Shown: piece by piece, positions 18,056 to 25,055 of the stretch | How positions within the stretch are numbered: the stretch's first letter is position 1 | How the letters are laid out: each line of letters starts with the position of its first letter | Assembly: GCA_964548475.1 (NCBI GenBank) | Contig: CAZJRF010000004.1 | Span: 1 to 36,693 of the forward strand | Reading direction: 5' to 3' | DNA: 36,693 nucleotides | From: an uncultured Acidimicrobiia bacterium | GTDB taxonomy: Bacteria > Actinomycetota > Acidimicrobiia > Spongiisociales > UBA11373 | Translations under genes and position numbers: made by a program | Notes under the pieces: model-generated | Told to the model about the DNA's origin: nothing | Databases searched by the model: none | What the model saw: only the letters and a program-made list of their open reading frames with translations

Positions 18056-19212
18056 GACAACTCCATGGCGGTGTGCCAGGCGGGGGCCCAGAGAGTTCCC
18101 GGGGCGGCGGGCACGGTGAGTGCCCCGGCTCGCTGCAGGGGGAGAAGAGAGTCGCCGGGGCGCTCGACCACGGCGAGCACCACGGTCCGCCTGAAACTGC
18201 CGGCCAGAGCCTGAAGAGCGGTGAGAGCCCCCCGGTCGGGCACCCCGGTGACCAGAACCAGCGCTCCACCGCCCGTCCCCCGCCGGCGCAGCCGGGCGAC
18301 GGTGCGCGGCAGGTTCAGATTCGGGATTGCCTGCACCGCAGCGAGGGTCTCCATGGCCCGGGCGTAGCGGGAGTCGGAGTGAAGGCCCGGGGCCCACTCG
18401 GCCGTCCATAGCTCGGGGCTGAAGCCTCCCCGATACAAGTGGACCACCACGGAGGCGGCCCCGCGCACCGCATGCTCGAACGCCTCGGCCGTGGGGTAGC
18501 ACTCGGCCCGTTGGTCGAGCAACAGGAGTGCCCGGGTCTGCCAGGGGATCTCCAACTGCCGGATCATCAACTGATCTCGCTTGGCCGAGGACGGCCAGTG
18601 CACCCGGCGCAGGTCGTCCCCGACCTGGTACTCACGCAGCGTGAAGAAGTCCTCCCCACCCTGAGGGACGAAGGTGGGCCGGGTGGACTGCACCGCCGGG
18701 TCGAGGCCGCGCACCGGAGGGAAGCCCGCCAGGTCCTCTACCCGCGGGTACACGATGAGCCGGTCGACCGAGCCGGCGGCGGTCCGCCGTTCGGTGAGGG
18801 TGAAGGGATCACTCACCGACACCTGGGCCGGGCCCACCTGGTAGATGCCTCGCGCCCGGCAGTACACCTCGTAGTGGGCGGTGAGGGGCCGGCCGGCGCG
18901 GGTACCGGCAGCGGCGAAGCGCACCGCTCCCAGCCCGTGCACGGTGTCTTCCAGGGAGAGGTGACGGGCGACACGACCGGTGACCATCTGCAGTTCGACC
19001 GTCACCTGTTCGCCCTCGTGCACCGGGGAGGGGTGGAGGCGGCGGGCCACGGCCAGGAGCGGCGACACGGACCGTACGAACAGCACGCCGCCGCCGACCG
19101 CCGTCAGCAGGAAGAGGGCGGTGGCGAGCAGCTCGATCTCGCCGAACGCCGCCCAGAGGATCAGGAGGGCCCCGGACACCCCCACCGCCGCCCAGCCGCG
19201 GCTCGTGGGCAT
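18031..19212 (-). CDS. DUF58 family protein (vWA-like, MoxR partner)
   Basis: The start is trimmed to the ATG of MPTSRGWAAVG, which shares an ATGA overlap with the moxR stop. There are two N-terminal TM helices. The hallmark motif is FTLREYQVGDDLRRVHWPSSAKRDQLMIRQLE. Confidence 0.82.
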   Translation of the reverse strand: MPTSRGWAAVGVSGALLILWAAFGEIELLATALFLLTAVGGGVLFVRSVSPLLAVARRLHPSPVHEGEQVTVELQMVTGRVARHLSLEDTVHGLGAVRFAAAGTRAGRPLTAHYEVYCRARGIYQVGPAQVSVSDPFTLTERRTAAGSVDRLIVYPRVEDLAGFPPVRGLDPAVQSTRPTFVPQGGEDFFTLREYQVGDDLRRVHWPSSAKRDQLMIRQLEIPWQTRALLLLDQRAECYPTAEAFEHAVRGAASVVVHLYRGGFSPELWTAEWAPGLHSDSRYARAMETLAAVQAIPNLNLPRTVARLRRRGTGGGALVLVTGVPDRGALTALQALAGSFRRTVVLAVVERPGDSLLPLQRAGALTVPAAPGTLWAPAWHTAMELSWSTVSAG

Positions 19213-20192
19213 CAGACCCTCGTTCGCGTCCCCGGGACGGGCACCCCGGCGGCGATGGCGTCGAGGATGCCGTCGACGGAAGCCCCCCGTATCTGCGCCT
19301 CGGGGCGCAGGATCATGCGGTGGGTGAGCACCGGCCGCAGCACCGCCTTGACGTCGTCGGGGGTCACGTAGTGGCGGCTCTCCATCGCGGCGCGGGTACG
19401 GGCGGAGCGCTGCAGGAAGAGGGTGGCCCGGGGCGAGGCGCCGAGCAGCAGGTCGGGGTCCCGGCGGGTGGCATCGACGGTGTCCACCAGGTAGGCCTTC
19501 ACCGGGGGTGAGACGTGTACCCGGCGGGCTACGTCGATCATCCGGATGACGTCCTCGGCGGTCACCACGGGTTCGAGGTCCTCGAAGGTGGAGCGGATCG
19601 CGTGGGTGTCGAGCATCTCGAGTTCCTTCTCCCGGGCTGGATAGCCCATGACCAGCCGCATCATGAATCGGTCCAGTTGGGCCTCGGGGAGCGGGTAGGT
19701 CCCCTCGTGCTCGATGGGGTTCTGGGTGGCGATCACCATGAATGGGGGAGGGAGACGGTGGGTGACGCCGTCCACAGTCACTTGCCGCTCCTCCATGGCC
19801 TCGAGAAGGGCGGCCTGGGTCTTGGGGCCGGCCCGGTTGATCTCGTCGCCGAGGACGATGTTGGCGAAGATCGGCCCGGAGCGGAAGACGAAAGCGTTGC
19901 GCTCCCGGTCCCACACCGACACCCCGGTGACGTCGGAGGGCAGGAGGTCGGGGGTGAACTGCACCCGTTGGAAACCGCAGTGGATGCTGCGGGCCAGCGA
20001 CTTGGCCAGGAGCGTCTTGCCCACTCCGGGCACGTCCTCGATCAACAGGTGGCCTTCGCTCAACAGGCCGAGCACCACCAGATCGACCACCGACCTCTTA
20101 CCTTGAATGACCCGCTCGATGTTGGAGGCGACCGCGTCGAACCGGTCAGAGAACCAGGCGAGCTCCTTCTGTTCGGCGGTCTCCTCGGTCAC
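19212..20192 (-). CDS. moxR: MoxR-family AAA+ ATPase
   Basis: The start is trimmed to GTG 20192, which has GGAGG 8 nt upstream. Walker A is EDVPGVGKT and Walker B/sensor is VLGDEINRAGPKTQAALLEAMEE. The block VIATQNPIEHEGTYPLPEAQLDRF is also present. Confidence 0.88.
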   Translation of the reverse strand: MTEETAEQKELAWFSDRFDAVASNIERVIQGKRSVVDLVVLGLLSEGHLLIEDVPGVGKTLLAKSLARSIHCGFQRVQFTPDLLPSDVTGVSVWDRERNAFVFRSGPIFANIVLGDEINRAGPKTQAALLEAMEERQVTVDGVTHRLPPPFMVIATQNPIEHEGTYPLPEAQLDRFMMRLVMGYPAREKELEMLDTHAIRSTFEDLEPVVTAEDVIRMIDVARRVHVSPPVKAYLVDTVDATRRDPDLLLGASPRATLFLQRSARTRAAMESRHYVTPDDVKAVLRPVLTHRMILRPEAQIRGASVDGILDAIAAGVPVPGTRTRV

Positions 20193-20294
20193 GATCGGGG
20201 CCTCCGTTGGGGGTCGGGCACTTCGCCACCAGGTTATCAGCGGAGGCCGTTTGCGAGCCGGGGTCGCGGGGAGAGCCCTCCCTAAGATACCCCC

Positions 20295-20528
20295 GTGCAT
20301 GCGCGCCTGATCTTTGCCTTGGCGCGGCGGCCGTCTCTCTGGCTGGAGGCCTGGCGAGCGGCGTCAGATAGCCGATGCAAAAAGTGGTGGAAGCGGCTAC
20401 TGTTAGTGCCGGAGTCGGAGTACCTGCGCTGGCGGTTGACCACCGCGTACGGCAACCCGGCGGCCCGCATGGAGGCCGCCGACCTGGTGCGGTATCTGCA
20501 GTGGCGCCGGAGGCAGCGGGCGGAGTGA
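20295..20528 (+). CDS. hypothetical basic 77-aa protein (Arg/Trp-rich)
   Basis: The ORF has high third-position GC. It lies 102 nt from the moxR start and is divergent from it. Its stop overlaps the next start (GTGA). I recognised no motif (…ESEYLRWRLTTAYGNP…DLVRYLQWRRRQRAE). Confidence 0.45.
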   Translation: MHARLIFALARRPSLWLEAWRAASDSRCKKWWKRLLLVPESEYLRWRLTTAYGNPAARMEAADLVRYLQWRRRQRAE

Positions 20529-21139
20529 AGGGAGCGGGCGTCGTGGCAGCCCGGAGCTTGCGAGAGCAACTGCTGGCCCTGCCGGGAGTGGCGGAGGCAG
20601 AGGTCGACGGCGACGACAGCGCGCCAGCCGGGGTGCGCATCCGCCTGGCTCCCGACGCCCTGGCCGAAATGGTGGGCCGCGAGGTGCAGCGGCTGTTGGC
20701 CACCCGGGGGGTTCATTCGCGCCTCGGCGGTGAGGGGGCAGCGGCCGTGCCTCCCCTCTTCGAGCCGACGCCGGAGAGCGAATCGGCGCCGTCGAGCGCG
20801 ACGGCCGCTCCCGGGGAAGGGCTGAAGTCGGTGATGGTCGAGGAGAGCTCGGTGGGTATCCAGGCGACAGTGGTCGGCTCCGATGGGCGCCGGGCGACCG
20901 GCCGGGGCGAAGCGAGCGAGGAGGGCCTGATGGCGGCCGTCATCGCTGCGGTGGGGAGGCTGGCCGAGGGGGAGGAGCCCCGGGTGCTCTCGGTCGAGTG
21001 GACCGAGGTGGACGGCTCACGGGTGGTGCTGGTGGTGCTGGAGGGGGCCGGCGGCCGCCGCGCGGCGGGGGCGGCGGTGGTGCGGGCGTCGCGCGGGTAC
21101 GCGGTGGGACGGGCTGCCTGGACGGCTCTAACCGGCTGA
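20525..21139 (+). CDS. hypothetical ~204-aa protein with two small alpha/beta-looking modules joined by a Ser/Pro/Ala linker
   Basis: This is the 3' part of track ORF 20375..21139. The start is set at GTG 20525, coupled to the upstream ORF; GTG 20543 is an alternative. It has high GC3. The N-module is LREQLLALPGVAEAEVDG...GVRIRLAPDA. The C-module is VGIQATVVGSDGRRATGRGEASEEGLMAAVIAAVGRL...VVLVVLEG. I could not assign a family by eye. Confidence 0.5.
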   Translation: MKGAGVVAARSLREQLLALPGVAEAEVDGDDSAPAGVRIRLAPDALAEMVGREVQRLLATRGVHSRLGGEGAAAVPPLFEPTPESESAPSSATAAPGEGLKSVMVEESSVGIQATVVGSDGRRATGRGEASEEGLMAAVIAAVGRLAEGEEPRVLSVEWTEVDGSRVVLVVLEGAGGRRAAGAAVVRASRGYAVGRAAWTALTG

Positions 21140-21158
21140 CCCCGGCCTCCGGCCGCGT

Positions 21159-21182
21159 GGGATTCTCTGCGCGCAGAGTCCC
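21159..21182. terminator. hairpin between convergent genes (candidate terminator)
   Basis: The palindrome CTCTGCGCGCAGAG (21165-21178) is extended by GGGA/TCCC with a 2-nt bulge. It lies between the stop at 21139 (+) and the stop at 21213 (-). Confidence 0.4.
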
Positions 21183-21212
21183 GGGGGGAGAGGGAGCGGC
21201 GGCCGGCGCAAT

Positions 21213-21716
21213 TCAGGTGTCGGCGTCGCCGGGGACGGCGGTTCCGGCGGAAGGCACCAGGTGAACCACCACCCCCTCATGGGCGAGGGCCGAGGCCGCC
21301 TGAGCGAGAACTGCTCGGTGCTCGGCTACGCGGGCCAGCACGTCGCGTACGAAACGGCGGGTGGCGTCGGCGGGGAGCTGGCCCAGCACGTCCAGGTCGT
21401 CGGGGTTGGTGGACAGCACCCGGGTGGTACGCGCCCGCAGGTCCCACAGCATGATCTCCTGCACCACCAGGTCGGCCGACAGGGTGAGCAGCCCGGGGAG
21501 CAGAACCGCTTCGGCGTGGCCGGCGGCAAGGATGTCCAGCAGGCTCCGATAGCCCTCCCGGCCGGCGGGCAGACCGGGCCGGGGGATGTCCTGGCAGATG
21601 GCTACCACGTCGAGGCCGTGGGCGGCGGCGTAGCGGCGGATCTCCTCCTGCTGGGCGAAGGCGGAACGGTCCTCGGCCGGATCGACCGACTCCCGGACAT
21701 AGGCGACGACTCGCAT
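21213..21716 (-). CDS. serine-recombinase (resolvase) catalytic-domain-like protein that lacks a DNA-binding domain and appears catalytically degenerate
   Basis: The start is trimmed to the ATG of MRVVAYVRES, which has GGAGGAGGG just upstream. By eye it aligns to resolvase N-domains. VAYVRES matches GYxRVS, so Tyr, Arg and the nucleophile Ser are kept. AQQEEIRRYAAAHGLDVV fits, and an E-helix-like RRFVRDVLARVAEHRAVL is present. The DRLxR arginine pair is replaced (GLLTLSAD). Only ~25 aa follow the E-helix, so there is no HTH. Confidence 0.6.
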   Translation of the reverse strand: MRVVAYVRESVDPAEDRSAFAQQEEIRRYAAAHGLDVVAICQDIPRPGLPAGREGYRSLLDILAAGHAEAVLLPGLLTLSADLVVQEIMLWDLRARTTRVLSTNPDDLDVLGQLPADATRRFVRDVLARVAEHRAVLAQAASALAHEGVVVHLVPSAGTAVPGDADT

Positions 21717-21732
21717 GACCCTCCTCCGCGGC

Positions 21733-21781
21733 AAGTGTCGCCGCAGCGACCCAGAGTGTCAAGTGGATGCGGAGAGTGTTG
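21733..21781. promoter_or_regulatory. three spaced (A/G)AGTGT(C/T) direct repeats in a divergent intergenic region (candidate operator)
   Basis: The repeats are AAGTGTC at 21733-21739, GAGTGTC at 21754-21760 and GAGTGTT at 21774-21780, spaced 21 and 20 nt (about two helical turns). They lie between the recombinase-like gene (-) and the HNH gene (+). A -10-like TACGAT lies at 21808-21813. Confidence 0.3.
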
Positions 21782-21822
21782 CGGGGAGCGACTGAGGTGC
21801 CCGCTGTTACGATGCCCGAGCT

Positions 21823-22323
21823 ATGCCCCAGGCACTCGTGCTGAACGCCACGTACGAGCCGCTCTCCGTGGTGCCGACCCGGCGGGCGGTGGTGCTGCTG
21901 GTGCGCGAGAAGGCTGAAATAGTGCACACCGACGGACGTCGCTGGGCGTCGGAGCGCACCAGCATCCCGGTCCCGACGGTGATCCGCCTGCTCCACTACG
22001 TGAAGGTGCCCTACGAGCGGAGGGTCCCGTTGAGCCGGCGGGCGGTGTTCCGGCGGGACGGCTCGTCCTGCCAGTACTGCGGAGGCGAGGCGGAGAACCT
22101 CGACCACGTGCTGCCGCGCTGCCGCGGCGGCATGCACACCTGGGAGAACGTGGTGGCAGCTTGCCGTGTCTGCAACGCTAGGAAGGGCAACCGCACCCCC
22201 GAAGAAGCGGGGCTCCGCCTGGCCGTGCTGCCCCGCGCCCCGCGACGGCATGGTTGGCTGCTCATCGGCCTGGCTTCGTCGCCGCCGCCTTCCTGGCGAG
22301 CCTATCTGGAGGACGCCGTCTGA
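21823..22323 (+). CDS. HNH endonuclease (small, McrA-like)
   Basis: 166 aa. The HNH/zinc motif is CQYCGG...NLDHVLPRCRGGMHTWENVVAACRVCNARKGN. The N-terminal LVLNATYEPL block is typical of the conserved small actinobacterial HNH family. Confidence 0.85.
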   Translation: MPQALVLNATYEPLSVVPTRRAVVLLVREKAEIVHTDGRRWASERTSIPVPTVIRLLHYVKVPYERRVPLSRRAVFRRDGSSCQYCGGEAENLDHVLPRCRGGMHTWENVVAACRVCNARKGNRTPEEAGLRLAVLPRAPRRHGWLLIGLASSPPPSWRAYLEDAV

Positions 22324-22332
22324 AGCCGGTTG

Positions 22333-22620
22333 CTAGGAGGCGGCTCCGCTGCTCCCCGTCAGTTTGGCGCGGCGCCGGCGGAAGACTCCCCAGAGCCAGC
22401 CGAAGAGCCGGCTGATGATGATCCCGGCCGCGAAGGTAGCCAGGAGAATCGCCCAGAGAGGGGCGGTCCATTCGAGCCCTGCGAAGCGCAGCGTGTGGGA
22501 CTCGGTGTTGGAGAAGACGAGGATCAGGGTGGGGACGAGCAGCACGATGAAGGTGATCAGAGGGCCCGCCCAGAGGTTGGGCGTCTCCGCCTTGGGCTGC
22601 TGGCCTGCCGGGGCAGTCAT
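22333..22620 (-). CDS. LapA/DUF1049-like small membrane protein
   Basis: 95 aa with two TM helices flanking ...HTLRFAGLEWTAPLW... and a basic tail RRRRAKL. It has an ATGA overlap with the upstream SDR gene. Confidence 0.6.
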   Translation of the reverse strand: MTAPAGQQPKAETPNLWAGPLITFIVLLVPTLILVFSNTESHTLRFAGLEWTAPLWAILLATFAAGIIISRLFGWLWGVFRRRRAKLTGSSGAAS

Positions 22621-23396
22621 GTCTCCTCCTCGCTGAGTGCGCCGCCCAATCTAGCCCCCGGGCCCAGGCCCGCCCATGGATCCCGGCCCAGCCAGTTGCG
22701 AGCGTCGAGGAGAGCTCCGGAAGGCTCCGGCGCGTCGGGATGGGCCAGGCGCAGGAACAGGGGAGTGATGTCCTCGGGCGAGGGGAGAGTGGCCGGGTCC
22801 TCGTCGGGGACGGCCGCCGCCCGCATGGGGGTGCGGGTGGCGCCCGGGTTGACCGAATAGACCCGGCCCCTCGTTCCCCACTCATCGGTCAGCAGCTCCA
22901 GCCAGCCCTCCAGGGCCCGCTTGGAGATGGCATACATGCCCCAGCCTGCCCGCCCGGTGCGCCCCACCGTGCTCGAGACCCCAATGACCACCGGGTGATG
23001 GCCCCGGTCGAGGGCACCGGCCAGCCGCTGGTGCAGAAAGTGGATCGCCGACAAGTTCGCCTCGAACACCTGGTACCAGGCATCGGCGGGGTAGCGCTCG
23101 AGCCGGCCTTCCTCCCCGACGGGCCCGAGCATGCCGGCCGCGTGGACCACCACGTCGAGTATCCCCCCGGTGTGCTCCACGGTGGTAGCCACTGCCCGGC
23201 GGCCGGGCTCGGTGACCAGATCGGCGGCGATGGCGGCTACCCGGCCGGCGTACTCCCCGGCGGCGGCCTCGGCGAGTGCGGCCTCGTTGCGGCCCACGGC
23301 CAGGACCGAGGCGCCGTGAGCGGCATAGGCGCGCACCAGGGCGCGGCCGATGCCCGAGGTCCCCCCCGTCACCAGGATGCGGCGGCCGCCGAGCAC
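22617..23396 (-). CDS. SDR-family oxidoreductase (YciK-like)
   Basis: 259 aa with a GTG start. It has the TGGTSGIGRA cofactor motif and the catalytic YAISKRALE (YxxxK). The block NPGATRTPMRAAAVPDEDPATLPSPEDITPLFLRL resembles the E. coli YciK tail. Confidence 0.8.
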   Translation of the reverse strand: MLGGRRILVTGGTSGIGRALVRAYAAHGASVLAVGRNEAALAEAAAGEYAGRVAAIAADLVTEPGRRAVATTVEHTGGILDVVVHAAGMLGPVGEEGRLERYPADAWYQVFEANLSAIHFLHQRLAGALDRGHHPVVIGVSSTVGRTGRAGWGMYAISKRALEGWLELLTDEWGTRGRVYSVNPGATRTPMRAAAVPDEDPATLPSPEDITPLFLRLAHPDAPEPSGALLDARNWLGRDPWAGLGPGARLGGALSEEET

Positions 23397-23457
23397 CCCG
23401 GCAGGTTACCGCGGGTCCGGGCGGGGTGGAAAAGGGGTCCCGGGTGGGGGAATGGGC

Positions 23458-23499
23458 TTGACAAGTGGAGCAAAATGGTTCAGAGTGGCGCGAAGTGGG
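23458..23499 (+). promoter_or_regulatory. mraZ/dcw promoter -35 (TTGACA) overlapped by a phased array of four MraZ-type boxes
   Basis: TTGACA lies at 23458-23463. It is followed by GTGGA at 23465, ATGGT at 23475, GTGGC at 23485 and GTGGG at 23495, at exact 10-bp spacing, ~80 nt upstream of the mraZ start. Confidence 0.65.
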
Positions 23500-23578
23500 A
23501 GAACCGGCGGGGTTATCACCCCGTCCGCCCGCCGCCTCCAGCCGGAGGCGGGGGAGGAGCGACGGAGAGGCGGCGGCT

Positions 23579-24010
23579 GTGTTCCTGGGCGAGCACAAGC
23601 ACATTGTGGATGCCAAGGGCCGGGTGGTCATGCCCAGCCGCTTCCGGCCCGAACTGGAGCCGGGGCTGGTGGTGACCAAGGGCCAGGACCGCTGCCTGGT
23701 CGTGTTCCCCATCGAGCAGTTCAACCAGGAGGTGGCCCGCCTCAACCGGCTGCCCCGCACCGACCGGCGCTACCGTAACTTTGCCCGAATCCTCTACGGC
23801 GGGGCCAGCGACCAGGGCCTTGATGCCCAGGGGCGTCTCCCTCTGCCCCCGACCCTGCGCGCCTACGCCGGGCTCGACCGCGACGTGGTGGTGCTCGGCG
23901 TGGGCGACCGGGTCGAGATCTGGGACGCCGATACCTGGCATCGGGTCGAATCGGAGAACGACGACATCTACGCCCAGACCGAGACGGCTCTTGGAGAGGA
24001 GGGAATCTGA
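23579..24010 (+). CDS. mraZ: transcriptional regulator MraZ
   Basis: This is the 3' part of track ORF 23465..24010, with the start at GTG 23579 (VFLGEHKHIVDAKGRVVMPSRFR). The second SpoVT/AbrB-like repeat is LDAQGRLPLPPTLR. GGGAGGAG lies upstream. Confidence 0.9.
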   Translation: MFLGEHKHIVDAKGRVVMPSRFRPELEPGLVVTKGQDRCLVVFPIEQFNQEVARLNRLPRTDRRYRNFARILYGGASDQGLDAQGRLPLPPTLRAYAGLDRDVVVLGVGDRVEIWDADTWHRVESENDDIYAQTETALGEEGI

Positions 24011-24128
24011 ATGCTTCCCCTCGTCTCCGGGGCCGCCACCGGCCTATCAGCAGCCTCCCGGATGCCACGTGGAATGCCCCTTACTCCGCCTGCTTCCAAC
24101 ATGGCGCCAGCGCTCCGGGAGGCTGCTG

Positions 24129-25055
24129 ATGGGCCGGCCTGCTCCCTGCTATCACGTCCCGGTGCTGCCGGGGGCGGTGACCGCTCTGCTGGCGCCGCCT
24201 CCCGGAGGACTGGTGGTGGACGCCACCTTCGGGGGAGGGGGGCACACACGCGCGCTGTTGGCGGCCTTCCCGACCTTGCGGGTGATGGCCGTCGACCGCG
24301 ATCCCGACGCGGCCGCCGAAGCGGGGGGGCTGGGCGAGCGGGTGCTCTTCGTTCTGGGGGACTTCCGCAAGATCGACGACTTGGTGAGAGGAGTGAGCGG
24401 GGATGAGATCGATGGAGCCGTCTTCGACCTGGGAGTCTCGTCACATCAGCTCGACGTGGGGGACCGAGGGTTCTCCTTTCACCGACCCGGGCCTCTCGAC
24501 ATGCGCCTGGGGCCGGATAGCCCGCTCACTGCGGCGGAACTGGTCAATGAATGGGACGAGAGCCGTCTTGCCGCCACCGTCCGGCGCTTCGGAGAGGAGC
24601 GCCACGCCGCTCGCATCGCGTCGGCCATCGTCGCCGCTCGCCCCTTGCACGACACCCGCGAGCTGGCCGACGTCGTCGCCGGCGCGGTCCCCGCTCGCGA
24701 CCGTCGGCGGGCGCACCCGGCGCGGCGCACCTTCCAGGCCATCCGCATTGCCGTCAACGACGAGCTGGGGGCTCTCCGGGACGGCCTCGACGCCGTCCTG
24801 TCCCTGCTGCGACCGGGAGGCCGGTTAGTTGTGATCTCGTATCACTCCCTCGAGGACCGCATCGTGAAGCGGCGCCTGGCAAGCGGCGCCGCCGGATGCG
24901 TGTGCCCTCCGGACCTGCCGGTCTGCGGGTGCGGGCGCAGCGCCGAGCTGCGCCTGTTGACCCGCCATCCCGTCGTCCCCGGTGAGGATGAGGTGGCGGC
25001 CAACCCGCGAGCGCGCAGCGCCCGGTTGCGAGCTGCCGAGAAGGTGCGCCCGTGA
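24129..25055 (+). CDS. rsmH: 16S rRNA (cytosine1402-N4)-methyltransferase
   Basis: This is the internal ATG of track ORF 23781..25055, with GGGAGG 7 nt upstream. Motifs are HVPVL, DATFGGGGHT, FDLGVSSHQLD and VISYHSLEDRIVK. Confidence 0.9.
   Translation: MGRPAPCYHVPVLPGAVTALLAPPPGGLVVDATFGGGGHTRALLAAFPTLRVMAVDRDPDAAAEAGGLGERVLFVLGDFRKIDDLVRGVSGDEIDGAVFDLGVSSHQLDVGDRGFSFHRPGPLDMRLGPDSPLTAAELVNEWDESRLAATVRRFGEERHAARIASAIVAARPLHDTRELADVVAGAVPARDRRRAHPARRTFQAIRIAVNDELGALRDGLDAVLSLLRPGGRLVVISYHSLEDRIVKRRLASGAAGCVCPPDLPVCGCGRSAELRLLTRHPVVPGEDEVAANPRARSARLRAAEKVRP

Noticed and set aside
18056-20300. N-terminal extensions of the track ORFs for the transglutaminase (to 18502), DUF58 (to 19914) and moxR (to 20300)
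   Set aside because: The extensions run deep into the upstream genes and are Arg/Pro/Gly-rich. Internal starts with ATGA or GTG junctions or a good SD give proteins that begin where the family domains and TM helices begin.
20403-20405. A TTA (Leu) codon in the 77-aa orphan ORF, as a possible bldA-like regulatory rare codon or a sign of foreign origin
   Set aside because: An in-frame TTA also occurs in the core gene rsmH (24825-24827). TTA is therefore not diagnostic in this genome.
21213-22323. Resolvase-like gene plus HNH gene read as a mobile element or integrated island
   Set aside because: There are no terminal inverted or direct repeats, no tRNA or att site, no transposase, integrase or phage genes, and no compositional break. 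The recombinase-like protein lacks a DNA-binding domain. I report it as an oddity, not as a mobile element.
23401-23457. Additional GTGGA/GTGGG/ATGGG words upstream of the mraZ -35, as further MraZ boxes
   Set aside because: They are not in 10-bp phase with the four downstream boxes (offsets 39, 21 and 13 nt). G-rich words are expected by chance in this composition.
24011-24128. The 118-nt mraZ-rsmH spacer and track ORF 24011..24406, as a possible small gene
   Set aside because: The ORF is out of frame with and overlaps rsmH, and it has no SD and a low-complexity translation. The spacer has only a weak 5-bp hairpin. It is left as a region to scan with the mraW-motif covariance model.
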